A stretch of DNA of 30,774 bases from a virus (taxonomy: Duplodnaviria > Caudoviricetes), in the IMG/VR virus record IMGVR_UViG_3300037313_002204, positions 1 to 30,774 of that record, one strand, 5' to 3'. The notes beneath the pieces are model-generated. The model was not told the DNA's origin, made no database searches, and worked only from the letters and a program-made list of their open reading frames with translations. Below are positions 1-8,403 of the stretch, piece by piece. Both the position numbers and the translations under genes were made by a program. The first letter of the stretch is position 1; every line of letters starts with the position of its first letter.

Positions 1-117
1 CAGAAGCGAACGATCGAAGACACGTGGCGACATATCGGCCACCTCGTCTCAACCATCGAACCCAAAGAATGCGCAAACTACCTCGAAAACGCAGGGTACG
101 CTTCCGTCAAAACCTGA
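1..117 (+). CDS. IS630-family transposase, C-terminal fragment
   Basis: Frame 1 reads QKRTIEDTWRHIGHLVSTIEPKECANYLENAGYASVKT*, which has the EC.NY...AGY C-terminus typical of IS630 transposases. Not in the ORF track. Confidence 0.8.
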   Translation, partial: QKRTIEDTWRHIGHLVSTIEPKECANYLENAGYASVKT

Positions 118-126
118 AACGCTCTA
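1..126 (+). mobile_element. Right end of an IS630-family insertion sequence (truncated by the window start)
   Basis: The transposase C-terminus ends at 117 and is followed by AAACGCTC-TA, matching the TAGAGCGTTT-type terminal repeat and TA target typical of rhizobial IS630 elements. Confidence 0.75.
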
Positions 127-374
127 AGGCCCGTGAACGCATACGCCTCAACGATGGCGGCTACCGCCGCGACCATCTGCGCGCGCTGGCGCAGCGCGTC
201 GAGGTTGCCGACGACGAGGTTCGCATCATGGGATCGAAGTCGGAATTGCTGCGAACGCTGGTCGCCGCTTCAAGCGGGAAACCGGCGGCGTTCGGCGTTC
301 AGAGTTCTGTACTGAAATGGCGCACCCGACATCCGCCAATCAATCTGCAAAACACATATAAAACAATTACTTAG
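127..374 (+). pseudogene. C-terminal remnant of a large serine recombinase interrupted by IS630
   Basis: ARERIRLNDGGYRRDHLRALAQRVEVADDEVRIMGSKSELLRTL...SSVLKWR resembles the C-terminus of alphaproteobacterial island recombinases that read into a tRNA att site. It starts directly after the IS TA. Confidence 0.7.
318..331 (-). other. att core: 14-bp copy of a tRNA-Arg 3' end
   Basis: The reverse complement of TGGCGCACCCGACA is TGTCGGGTGCGCCA, a CCA-ending tRNA-Arg(CCG)-like 3' end recalled from memory. The rest of the tRNA is absent. Confidence 0.65.
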
Positions 375-394
375 ATCGCTTCCGTTTGGCGATT

Positions 395-417
395 TGTGCA
401 GCAAGAAATGCAGCAAG
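395..417 (+). repeat. Left integrase arm-type tandem repeat
   Basis: TGCAGCAAG at 397 and 409 (12-bp period). The same TGCAGC motif and spacing occur at 12323-12344. Confidence 0.65.
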
Positions 418-460
418 TTTCCTGCCGCCATGGTTAACATACCCCCACAATCCGACAAAG

Positions 461-495
461 GAAAACCCCGCTCCGGGGACGAACCGGAGCGGGGT
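461..495 (-). terminator. Perfect 12-bp hairpin, intrinsic terminator-like on the minus strand
   Basis: ACCCCGCTCCGG-N7-CCGGAGCGGGGT preceded by GAAA, giving a short U-tract on the minus strand. Confidence 0.5.
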
Positions 496-539
496 CGGGA
501 CCGCATGAGGATGACACACCTACAGAAAGGACACTGAAG

Positions 540-2582
540 ATGCGGTATTATAATACCTCATCCGCCTTCGGCGAGCAAGACGATTTAGTCGGCTCGCCGA
601 CCTTGGATCGGCCGATCCGCGTCACGCGGTTCCCGAACATGGCCGCGACGAAGAAGAAGGACATGCGCTTGTCGCCCCGGCAGCTTGCCGCGCTGATCGA
701 ACGGACGGAAGCCGACGACAAGTCGGAACTGCCGTGGTTCAAGATGGCCGTCTTCGGCAACAATCGCGCCGCCTCACCTTCCGGCCATTCCTTCCGCAGC
801 AACGGCAACGTCCTCGCCGTGAGCGGTATCGAGGCCGACTATGACGGCGAAGAGATCATGCCCGAAGACGCCCGCGACATGCTGGCCGACGCTGGCGTTG
901 TGGCGGTCGTCTACACGACGCCTTCACATTCGCCTGACGCGCCCCGCTGGCGCGTGTTCGCCCCCTTCAGCGAAGAGCTTCAGCCCGGCGAGCGCGGACG
1001 CCATATGGCCCGCCTCAACGGCATCTTCGGCGGCGCGCTCGACGATGCGTCCTTCACCTTGTCGCAAAGCTATTATGGCGGGAATGTCAGCGGCCGCCCC
1101 AAGGTGAAGACCTTCCTTGTGGACGGGCGGTATGTGGATACCGCGCCCGACTTGGACGCCACGGCGAAGTGGAAGCGCGGCCGCGAGAAAGGACCGGCCA
1201 ACGACAACGGCTTTGACGAAGCGGCCTATCTCGACGCCATCGCGACCGGCGAGTCCTATCATCCAGCGGCCATCGCCTTGGCGGGTAAATGGGCGGCCGA
1301 GGGCGTGCCCTATATCGAGGCCATGCAGCGCCTCCGGGCCGCGTTCGACCGCGTGCCCGAAGGGGACCGGGACTCGCGCTGGAAAGAGCGTGTGGCCGAT
1401 CTGCCGACCATCCTGAATCACGTCTATGGAAAGCAGGTCGAAGAGGACATCGCGGAAGAGAAGCGGCGGGGCGAGGCGTTCGACGACATTCCAACCGCCG
1501 AAGAGCAAGCCGAGATCGACGCCGATATTGAACAGCTTGTCGGCGGCAAGGCCAAGGCCGAAACCGGCGGCCTGACTTTCCTGAAGCCGTCGGAGTGCGA
1601 CGCCAGCGACGCCCGGCGATATGTCATCAAGGGGCTTGTATCCGAAGCCGACGTGGCGTGCATCGTCGGCGCTCCGGGCGTCGGCAAGTCCCTTCTCGCG
1701 CCGCGCCTCGCCTATGCGGTTGCGCAGGGGCAGGACATCTTCGGAATGCGCGTCCGGCAGGGCGGCGTGCTCTATGTCGCAGCCGAAGACCAGCACGGTA
1801 TGCGCGGGCGCGTGGCGGCGCTCCGGCGCGAGCACGGGGAAGCCGACGACTTCGCCCTTGTCGCTGGCGTGTCCGATCTTTTGAGCCAAGGCAGCGAACA
1901 CCTGAAGCGGCTGAAGGCGGCCGTGAAGGACCGACGGCCGTCGCTGATCATCATCGACACGCTAGCCATGGCGTTTCCCGGCCTTGAAGAAAACAGCGCC
2001 GAAGGCATGGGCCGAGTCGTTTCCGTCGCCCGATCGCTCACGAAATGGGGAGCGGCCGTGATCCTCGTCCATCACGATACGAAGGACGGGCAACAAGGAC
2101 TCCCGCGCGGCCACTCGCTCTTGAATGGTGCGCTCGACGTGTCGATTCACCTGACGGCGAGCAACGGCATTGTCCGGGCGAAGCTGACCAAGAACCGCAA
2201 CGGCTCGACCGAACGGGACATGGCTTTCATCATCGGCACGCGGACGCTTGGGCTCGACGAAGACGGCGACTCCATCACGGCGGCCGTCTGCCGCGAAATC
2301 GACCACGCCCCGGAACGCGAAGAGCGACTGACGCCTAGCGCGAAGGCGGCCTTGGACATCTTCCATGAGCTTCTAGACGGCCGCGAGAGCGTGCCGGAAG
2401 AGGAATGGCGCAAGGCGTGTGTGGAGGGGCGCACCGTGTCCGCGTCGGAAGACGCCGATAACCGGCGACGGACATACAAGCGCGCTGTCGAAGAACTGGC
2501 ACGCCGGGGGAAGGTCGTCTTCCGTGACGGTGAATATGGGCCGCCCGAATGGCCCCGTGAATCCTTCGACGGATTCGTTTGA
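540..2582 (+). CDS. Primase-helicase replication protein (AEP/prim-pol-like N-terminus, AAA_25/RepA-type SF4 helicase C-terminus)
   Basis: N-terminal EADYD, YTTPSH and RWRV motifs. C-terminal Walker A GAPGVGKS, Walker B IIIDT, LVHHDTK and RGHS. RBS AAGGA upstream. Confidence 0.85.
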   Translation: MRYYNTSSAFGEQDDLVGSPTLDRPIRVTRFPNMAATKKKDMRLSPRQLAALIERTEADDKSELPWFKMAVFGNNRAASPSGHSFRSNGNVLAVSGIEADYDGEEIMPEDARDMLADAGVVAVVYTTPSHSPDAPRWRVFAPFSEELQPGERGRHMARLNGIFGGALDDASFTLSQSYYGGNVSGRPKVKTFLVDGRYVDTAPDLDATAKWKRGREKGPANDNGFDEAAYLDAIATGESYHPAAIALAGKWAAEGVPYIEAMQRLRAAFDRVPEGDRDSRWKERVADLPTILNHVYGKQVEEDIAEEKRRGEAFDDIPTAEEQAEIDADIEQLVGGKAKAETGGLTFLKPSECDASDARRYVIKGLVSEADVACIVGAPGVGKSLLAPRLAYAVAQGQDIFGMRVRQGGVLYVAAEDQHGMRGRVAALRREHGEADDFALVAGVSDLLSQGSEHLKRLKAAVKDRRPSLIIIDTLAMAFPGLEENSAEGMGRVVSVARSLTKWGAAVILVHHDTKDGQQGLPRGHSLLNGALDVSIHLTASNGIVRAKLTKNRNGSTERDMAFIIGTRTLGLDEDGDSITAAVCREIDHAPEREERLTPSAKAALDIFHELLDGRESVPEEEWRKACVEGRTVSASEDADNRRRTYKRAVEELARRGKVVFRDGEYGPPEWPRESFDGFV

Positions 2583-2630
2583 GGGGATTCGTTATGGCAA
2601 CCAATCGTCACCATGCCCTTCACCTAATGA

Positions 2631-2741
2631 CCGGACGGACACGGACATTGCCCGGACATGTCCAGTCTTGTCCGCACGGCAAATCGCGTCGCGGGCCGGA
2701 CGGACACGGACAAGCCCCTTTAGGGGCTGTCCGGCTGTCCG
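2631..2741. repeat. Iteron-like repeat cluster, putative replication origin
   Basis: 17-bp direct repeat CCGGACGGACACGGACA at 2631 and 2696, multiple GGACA/TGTCC inverted copies, and hairpin AGCCCC-TTTA-GGGGCT at 2713-2728, all just after rep. Confidence 0.6.
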
Positions 2742-2816
2742 GTCGCCGATGCACTCGTTTTGTCTCATTCGCCCCGCGCATAACCAGCGTGAAGACCGTG
2801 ACCAGCGGTTGCCAAC

Positions 2817-2863
2817 GGGTCCTTCCCCGGCGGGGGCGGTCGGGGGGAGCGCTGAGCCCCGAC
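2817..2863 (+). other. Lambda-like cos site (cosQ plus cosN-like dyad)
   Basis: GGGTCCT (identical to lambda cosQ) at 2817-2823, then GTCGGGG-N11-CCCCGAC at 2839-2863, about 40 bp upstream of TerS. Confidence 0.7.
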
Positions 2864-2904
2864 ATTTCAGCGTGTGAGGAAAATTTGGAATCGGGATTCT
2901 TGGA

Positions 2905-3399
2905 ATGACCGTGGAAGCCGACATCGAAGAGCTTGTGGGGAATCCCCGTGCTGTCCGTAAGCAGCACTCCGGGGCGATCACTACCGACGAACTGGCGGAC
3001 CTTCTGGACCTGTCAGTCGGGCGCGTGCTCGGGCTCGCTCGCGCCAAGCACATTCCCCGCATGAGCGCTGGCCGGTTCGACCGTCGCGCGGCCGTGCGGG
3101 CGTATGTCGCCTATCTCCGGCAGAACCCCGTGGGGCGGAAGTCGGCCGACCCGGCGCTCGCCGATGAACGCCGCCGCCTCGTGCGGGAACAAGCCGACCG
3201 CGAGTCGATCCGCAACGCCGTCACCCGTGGCGAGCTTGTCCCGGCCGCCGACGTGAAGGCGACGTGGGAGTCGATCCTGACAGACGTGCGCGCGGCCATG
3301 CTCGCCATCCCCTCGCGCGTGCCCGACCTCGACCGCGCCACGGCCGACCGGCTCGACCGCGAAATCCGGGCCGCATTGGAGGCGCTGGCAAATGGCTGA
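2905..3399 (+). CDS. Terminase small subunit (Nu1-like)
   Basis: N-terminal winged HTH (TTDELADLLDLSVGRV), coiled coil ERRRLVREQAD and RGELVPA motif. Overlaps the TerL start. Confidence 0.8.
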   Translation: MTVEADIEELVGNPRAVRKQHSGAITTDELADLLDLSVGRVLGLARAKHIPRMSAGRFDRRAAVRAYVAYLRQNPVGRKSADPALADERRRLVREQADRESIRNAVTRGELVPAADVKATWESILTDVRAAMLAIPSRVPDLDRATADRLDREIRAALEALANG

Positions 3400-5161
3400 C
3401 CTTGCCCTTCTCCGTCGTGACGCCATGCAGGCGCTCCGGCCGCCCCAGCGGCTCGACCTCGCCGATTGGGTGGAGGCCAACGTCGTGCTGCCGTCGAGCC
3501 TCGCCGCCCATCCGGGCCGTATGCGCCTATGGCCGCATCAGGTGGATATTGCCCGCAGCATGGGCGACCCGGCCGTCGAGCGCGTCACGCTCCTGAAATC
3601 CGCCCGCATCGGCTATACGCAATTGGCCGTGGCGGCGCTGGGGCACTACACGGCCAACGATCCGGGGCCGGTCCTCGTGGTGCTGCCCGCCGAACAGGAT
3701 TGCCGCGACCTCATGGTGGGCAACATCGAACCCGTATTCGCGGAGTCGCCCGCACTCCGGGCCGCGCTCACGGCCAACGTCAACGACCGCGACACGCTCT
3801 ATTCCCGCCGCTTCCCCGGTGGCAGTCTGAAGCTGGTCAGCGCCCGCGCGCCTCGCAACCTTCGAGGCCATACCGCCCGCGTGCTTCTCCTAGACGAAGT
3901 GGACGCCTTTGAAGTGGACGTGCGCGGCGAGGGCGACCCCGTGGCGCTGGCGGAACGGCGCACGGCGACCTTCGGCAATCGCAAGATCATCATGGGCAGC
4001 ACGCCCGTTCACGAGTCCACGTCGCGCATCCTCCGGGCCTATGAGAAGAGCGACCAGCGGATTTACGAGTGCCCATGCCCGGCGTGCGGCGAGCACCACG
4101 AAATCCGGTGGAAGGATATTCACTGGCAACCCGACCAGCCGGAAACGGCCTATTGGGCCTGCCCCTCGTGCGGGGGCGTGGTGGAGGAAGCCGGGAAGGC
4201 CGCCTTCGTCGCGGCCGGACGCTGGCGGGCGACCCGGCCGCAGGTGCAGGGCCATCACGGCTATCGCGTGTCGGCGCTGGTCAGCCTGTTGCCCAATGCC
4301 GCATGGCCGAAGCTGGCGGCCGAGTTTCTAGAGGCCAAGAAGAGCCCGCACACGCTGCAAACCTTCGTCAACGTGGTGCTGGGCGAGGCGTGGCGGGACG
4401 CGGGCGAGGAACTGGACGGCGACTCCCTGCTAGGCCGTGTCGAGCCGTTCGGTCTTGATCGTCTTCCCGGCGACGTGCTGGTGCTCACGGCCGGGCTCGA
4501 CGTGCAGGACGACCGTATCGAGATCACCACGACCGGATGGACCAAGACCGGCGACGCGCTCGTGCTGGGCCATGAAATCGTGTGGGGCTCGCCGCTCGCG
4601 TCAGATACCTGGGCGGAAGTTGACGACCTCCTGAAACGGACATGGCGGCACCCGAACGGCGGCCTATTGAAGATCGACGCGGCCGTGATCGACTCGGGCA
4701 GCGGCGGCCATACCGATGCGGTCTATGCCTTCTGCCGACCGCGCACGACCCGCCGCGTGTTCGCGGGCAAGGGCGTGCCCGGTTTCCAGCGGCCGCTTGT
4801 GCAGTTGTCGAAGACGCGGGAAATCCGGCTGATCCTCGTGGGCGTGGACGCGGCGAAAAGCCAAATCGTGAACCGGCTTCAGGCCGGGCGCACGATCCGC
4901 TTTAGCGATACGCTGGACGCCAATTGGTTCGAGCAACTGACCAGCGAGAAGCGCGTCGTGAAATACACACGCGGTCAGCCGATCCGCGCTTTCGAGCGCA
5001 TCCCCGGCCGCCGAAGCGAAGCCCTCGACTGTGTGGTCTACAGCTTCGCGGCCCGGCAATTGGTGAATCTGGACCTCGACCGCCGCGAAGAGGAAATGGC
5101 CTCGCCGATCATGCCCCAGCGGCCGCCACAGGTGATCCGTAGCGCGTGGTTGGGGCGCTAG
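3392..5161 (+). CDS. Terminase large subunit, lambda gpA family
   Basis: Walker A KSARIGYT (lambda gpA KSARVGYS type), Walker B LLLDEVD, GSTP, CPACG/CPSCG zinc ribbon, nuclease GLDVQDDR and EALDCVVY. Confidence 0.95.
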   Translation: MADLALLRRDAMQALRPPQRLDLADWVEANVVLPSSLAAHPGRMRLWPHQVDIARSMGDPAVERVTLLKSARIGYTQLAVAALGHYTANDPGPVLVVLPAEQDCRDLMVGNIEPVFAESPALRAALTANVNDRDTLYSRRFPGGSLKLVSARAPRNLRGHTARVLLLDEVDAFEVDVRGEGDPVALAERRTATFGNRKIIMGSTPVHESTSRILRAYEKSDQRIYECPCPACGEHHEIRWKDIHWQPDQPETAYWACPSCGGVVEEAGKAAFVAAGRWRATRPQVQGHHGYRVSALVSLLPNAAWPKLAAEFLEAKKSPHTLQTFVNVVLGEAWRDAGEELDGDSLLGRVEPFGLDRLPGDVLVLTAGLDVQDDRIEITTTGWTKTGDALVLGHEIVWGSPLASDTWAEVDDLLKRTWRHPNGGLLKIDAAVIDSGSGGHTDAVYAFCRPRTTRRVFAGKGVPGFQRPLVQLSKTREIRLILVGVDAAKSQIVNRLQAGRTIRFSDTLDANWFEQLTSEKRVVKYTRGQPIRAFERIPGRRSEALDCVVYSFAARQLVNLDLDRREEEMASPIMPQRPPQVIRSAWLGR

Positions 5162-5964
5162 AATACTGTCTTGAGCACCTTCTCCGTCCCGGAAAGAAGG
5201 TCCTCAATTTCATCCTTTGTCGGTTCTCTGCCCTTTGCGTGGTCGCAAATATTGCGAATGTCGGCAAGGTGCTGGTTAAATCGCCATTGTGGGACCGTGA
5301 TCGTGTCGTTGTCACGTAGTGCTTGGTTCAAATCAGAAATGCCGGGGTTTTTCTTTCGGATTGTAATCCCGTGGTTGTCGCAGACTTGGGCAAGATGCTT
5401 CTCGATAATCACGCCGCAAATTGCCCCAGCCGCCCGAAGATAGCCAGCCTTAGCGAGCGCTCTTGCGCTTGCCACTTCACTGTCAAAAAGATCAGCTTGC
5501 AGAATGGACTTCAGGTCTAGTAAGCGGCTACCAAGAGCATTCTTTGCAGCCTTTACGATGTTAAGTTGCTGCACAAACTCTGGCAATGCTGCACTATCGT
5601 CTACTTTTACTTCTCCTCCCCACCTTATGACCAATCCTTGCAATGCGTCCTTAATAACGTAGTTTTGGAACGTTATATCTTTTCTAGTTTTTTGATATTC
5701 ATAGTATGAGTTAAAATCTTTCAGTCTATCAGGTAGTATTTGCTTAACAACCGCTTGAGCCTTAGAGTACCAAGATTGATATTCTGATCTGAAATCTGGA
5801 AGTTTCTCTATATATTCTTTTGCCTTATCCGAACCTGCTTGCTTTTCGACCTGCTTCTTAAAATCAGCCGGATAGCACATGTATTGCATCGCCATGTGAA
5901 GCATATCTCCTTGCTTCACGAGCGCACTCAATTCCTTTGAAAATTGGTCTTCTCTTTCAGACAT
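5158..5964 (-). CDS. HEPN-domain (DUF4145-like) protein, putative RNase/abortive-infection effector
   Basis: C-terminal AAGAICGVIIEKHL and the Rx4H motif RNICDH. Visibly AT-richer than its flanks. ATG at 5964 is preferred; the ORF is open to 5991. Confidence 0.7.
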   Translation of the reverse strand: MSEREDQFSKELSALVKQGDMLHMAMQYMCYPADFKKQVEKQAGSDKAKEYIEKLPDFRSEYQSWYSKAQAVVKQILPDRLKDFNSYYEYQKTRKDITFQNYVIKDALQGLVIRWGGEVKVDDSAALPEFVQQLNIVKAAKNALGSRLLDLKSILQADLFDSEVASARALAKAGYLRAAGAICGVIIEKHLAQVCDNHGITIRKKNPGISDLNQALRDNDTITVPQWRFNQHLADIRNICDHAKGREPTKDEIEDLLSGTEKVLKTVF

Positions 5965-6010
5965 CGCCCCGTCGCCCTCATCTTGAATCAAGTCGAGATT
6001 GTAGCGGCAG

Positions 6011-6211
6011 CTAGTCGATCCCCCAAGCCTTCAGCGATTGGACGCGCCCGACCACTGCCTCTCCGCGTAAGATCAGACGGCGCGGCGCGAGATAGTGCGT
6101 CGCCGTCGTTCGGGCTTCCTCGACCGTCATCCCAATCTTAGCGGCGTGCTGCACCATCTCGCGCCAGCGCTTTCGCTTTCGGGCCGCGATATAGCTGGGC
6201 GGCTCTTCCAT
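6011..6211 (-). CDS. Small basic hypothetical protein (66 aa)
   Basis: ATG at 6211 with a GAGGAAG RBS. Lies upstream of, and co-oriented with, the HEPN gene. Confidence 0.55.
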   Translation of the reverse strand: MEEPPSYIAARKRKRWREMVQHAAKIGMTVEEARTTATHYLAPRRLILRGEAVVGRVQSLKAWGID

Positions 6212-6223
6212 GTCTTCCTCATG

Positions 6224-6255
6224 AAAAAGGCCGGGCGAGACACGCCCGCCCGGCC
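6224..6255 (-). terminator. Intrinsic terminator-like hairpin in the leader of the 66-aa ORF
   Basis: GGCCGGGCG-N9-CGCCCGGCC followed by TTTTT on the minus strand. Confidence 0.6.
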
Positions 6256-6294
6256 AGTTGGCGTTGGACTGACCCCGACTCCACACGGGATCAA

Positions 6295-6445
6295 GTGATG
6301 AATAATCAATACTTAGTATTGTGTCAATTATTGATGCACATATTCATGTAATGTTCTGCATTGTCTACTGGTAGTTGCTAGCAACTAAAAGTCACTAATT
6401 GACGGATACTTTGTAGTAAGAAATTGTCAGACCCGAGATTTACCC
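6295..6445. promoter_or_regulatory. AT-rich divergent promoter region with palindromic operator candidates
   Basis: CAATACT-T-AGTATTG (6307-6321), TCAAT-T-ATTGA (6324-6334) and a perfect 16-bp TAGTTGCTAGCAACTA (6372-6387). Confidence 0.6.
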
Positions 6446-6460
6446 TTGGGAGTTCCTGAC

Positions 6461-7048
6461 ATGCTTGATGAAAACAATCACCTGTTTCAGTCGCAGCCGA
6501 TTCCCCGTAATCCCGGCCACTTCCTCACCATCGCCGACGTAGCGGAGGCAATCGCGGAGCCGGGCGAAGACCGAGCCAAGCTCATTGCGGCCCTTCGGCA
6601 GTTCGCGACTCAGGGCTATCTGTGGGCACCCTTCCGCGAGACGGAATCGCGCGGCGCTTACCTCTACGCCCCCGCCACGACCCTCGTATGCGCCGTTCTG
6701 TTGCGCATGATCGAAATGGGGATTCGGGACAAGAACGCCTGCCACGTCGCGGCGAAGGCGCTCTATCAGTGGAATTTGAAAGACTTCGGCGGCAATGCGC
6801 CTCGCTTCTCGCCCGGCGCGCTCGTCATCAAGCACTATGCCGAGGGGCTTGCGAATTGGACCTTGGAAATCTGGACCCTCCGGCACGATAGCGGAAAGGT
6901 CGTCCACGACGCACGCCTCTTCAATCCGAACGCTGGGCAAGGGCCTTCGCTCAATTACGATCTGTCGAAATTCTCGCAGCGCGCCGTGCTCGCGGTAGAC
7001 CTTGGCGACGTTCTGGACCGGATGCACTCGCGCGGGCAGGTCAACTAA
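6461..7048 (+). CDS. Hypothetical protein, possible winged-helix/MerR-like DNA-binding regulator
   Basis: LTIADVAEAI...LRQFATQGYL...YLY pattern. RBS GGAG before ATG 6461. TAATG coupling to the portal gene. Confidence 0.55.
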   Translation: MLDENNHLFQSQPIPRNPGHFLTIADVAEAIAEPGEDRAKLIAALRQFATQGYLWAPFRETESRGAYLYAPATTLVCAVLLRMIEMGIRDKNACHVAAKALYQWNLKDFGGNAPRFSPGALVIKHYAEGLANWTLEIWTLRHDSGKVVHDARLFNPNAGQGPSLNYDLSKFSQRAVLAVDLGDVLDRMHSRGQVN

Positions 7049-8403
7049 TGCCCGTGCGCCTCCCCAGCCTCTTCGGCCTGTTCAATCGAGCGCAACGCCG
7101 CCAGCATGTTCGCCGTTTCGACGCGGCCGGTGGCGGCCGTCGCGGTTCGGGCTTCGGCACGTTCGGCCGGACGCAAACCGAAGTGGCGGGCGCGGCGCTT
7201 GTGGTCCGCAGCCGGGCGCGCGCGCTCTACGCCAACAATGCGCATATCCGCAACGGCGTTGACAATTGGGTGGCCGCGCTCGTGGGAACCGGCATTGTGC
7301 CGACCGGCGACGTGGCGCTCTTCAACGCTTGGGCCGATAGAGCCGACGCCGACGGCCGCACCGACTTTTGGGGCCTTCAGGCCGATATTGCCCGCTCGCT
7401 CGTGATCGACGGCGAGGCATTCATTCAGGTACCCGTCACCGACGACGGCCTTCGCCTCCGGCTGATCCCCGCCGAACTCGTAGACGAGTCCCGGACTGCC
7501 GAACTCCCGGACGGCGGCTATATCGTTAACGGCGTGGAGTTCAACGCGGCGGGCGAGCGCGTGGCCTATTGGATCATGCCCGCCAAGCCGTCGGACGTGT
7601 TCGCCACCTACGCCGCCCCCGTGCGCGTCCCGGCGACCGAAGTGCTGCACGTCATGAAGCCGCTGGGCGTCGGGCAAGTGCGCGGCGTCTCGTGGCTCGC
7701 GCCCGTCGTCGTCCCGGCCAACGAACTCGACGCCATCGTGGACGGGCTCGCCGTCGGCGTGAAGGTGGCCGCGCTCCATGCCGGTTTCTTGGTGGACATG
7801 AACGGCACGGGCGAGCCGTTCGAGGGCGATCTGTCCGACGTGTCCCTCGAACCGGGCACGGTGCGCCGTCTTCCTACGGGCTATGACATCCGCTTCAGCA
7901 GCCCCCAGCAGGCGGGCGAAGTCGCGTCCTTCCTCCGGTTCAATCTTCAGATGCTCGCCGCAGGGCTGGGCCTACCGGAGCACATGCTTTCCGGCGACCT
8001 GACCAATGCGAACTATTCGAGCCTCCGGGCCGGGCTTCTGCCGTTCCGTCAGCGCGTCGAGCAGGTTCAATACGGCGTCGTCGTGCCCCAGCTTCTCAAT
8101 CCCGTCTGGTGGCGCGTCATGACCGTGGCCGCGCTCACGGGCGACGTGGAGTCGATCCCGAAGACCGAATGGCTTCCCCCCGCGTGGCAGCAGGTGGACC
8201 CGGAGAAGGCGGCCAAGGCCGACGCGGCCGAACTCGCCGCAGGGCTCACGTCCCGCCGCAAGCTCGTCGCCGCGCGCGGATGGAACATCGACGACGTTGA
8301 CCGCGAAATCGCTGAAGACCGCGCCCGCGAGAACACGCTGGGACTGAAGTTCGGAAAGGAGAACGCCAATGGTGGCGAAGGTCGGACACAAGAAGATTCC
8401 TAA
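7048..8403 (+). CDS. Phage portal protein, lambda family
   Basis: RSRARALYANN, VIDGEAFI, GQVRGVSWLAP, NYSSLRAGLL and VDPEKAAKA motifs. Confidence 0.93.
   Translation: MPVRLPSLFGLFNRAQRRQHVRRFDAAGGGRRGSGFGTFGRTQTEVAGAALVVRSRARALYANNAHIRNGVDNWVAALVGTGIVPTGDVALFNAWADRADADGRTDFWGLQADIARSLVIDGEAFIQVPVTDDGLRLRLIPAELVDESRTAELPDGGYIVNGVEFNAAGERVAYWIMPAKPSDVFATYAAPVRVPATEVLHVMKPLGVGQVRGVSWLAPVVVPANELDAIVDGLAVGVKVAALHAGFLVDMNGTGEPFEGDLSDVSLEPGTVRRLPTGYDIRFSSPQQAGEVASFLRFNLQMLAAGLGLPEHMLSGDLTNANYSSLRAGLLPFRQRVEQVQYGVVVPQLLNPVWWRVMTVAALTGDVESIPKTEWLPPAWQQVDPEKAAKADAAELAAGLTSRRKLVAARGWNIDDVDREIAEDRARENTLGLKFGKENANGGEGRTQEDS

Noticed and set aside
318-331. Intact tRNA gene
   Set aside because: Only 14 bp of a 3' end match and no cloverleaf follows. 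The same applies at 12435.
24-374. 116-aa ORF as a real gene
   Set aside because: It is a chimera of an off-frame IS630 end and the recombinase remnant.
2579-2908. 109-aa ORF between rep and terS (possible HNH position)
   Set aside because: No HNH or other motif. The region is better explained as ori plus cos, although the neat overlaps at both ends mean translation cannot be excluded.
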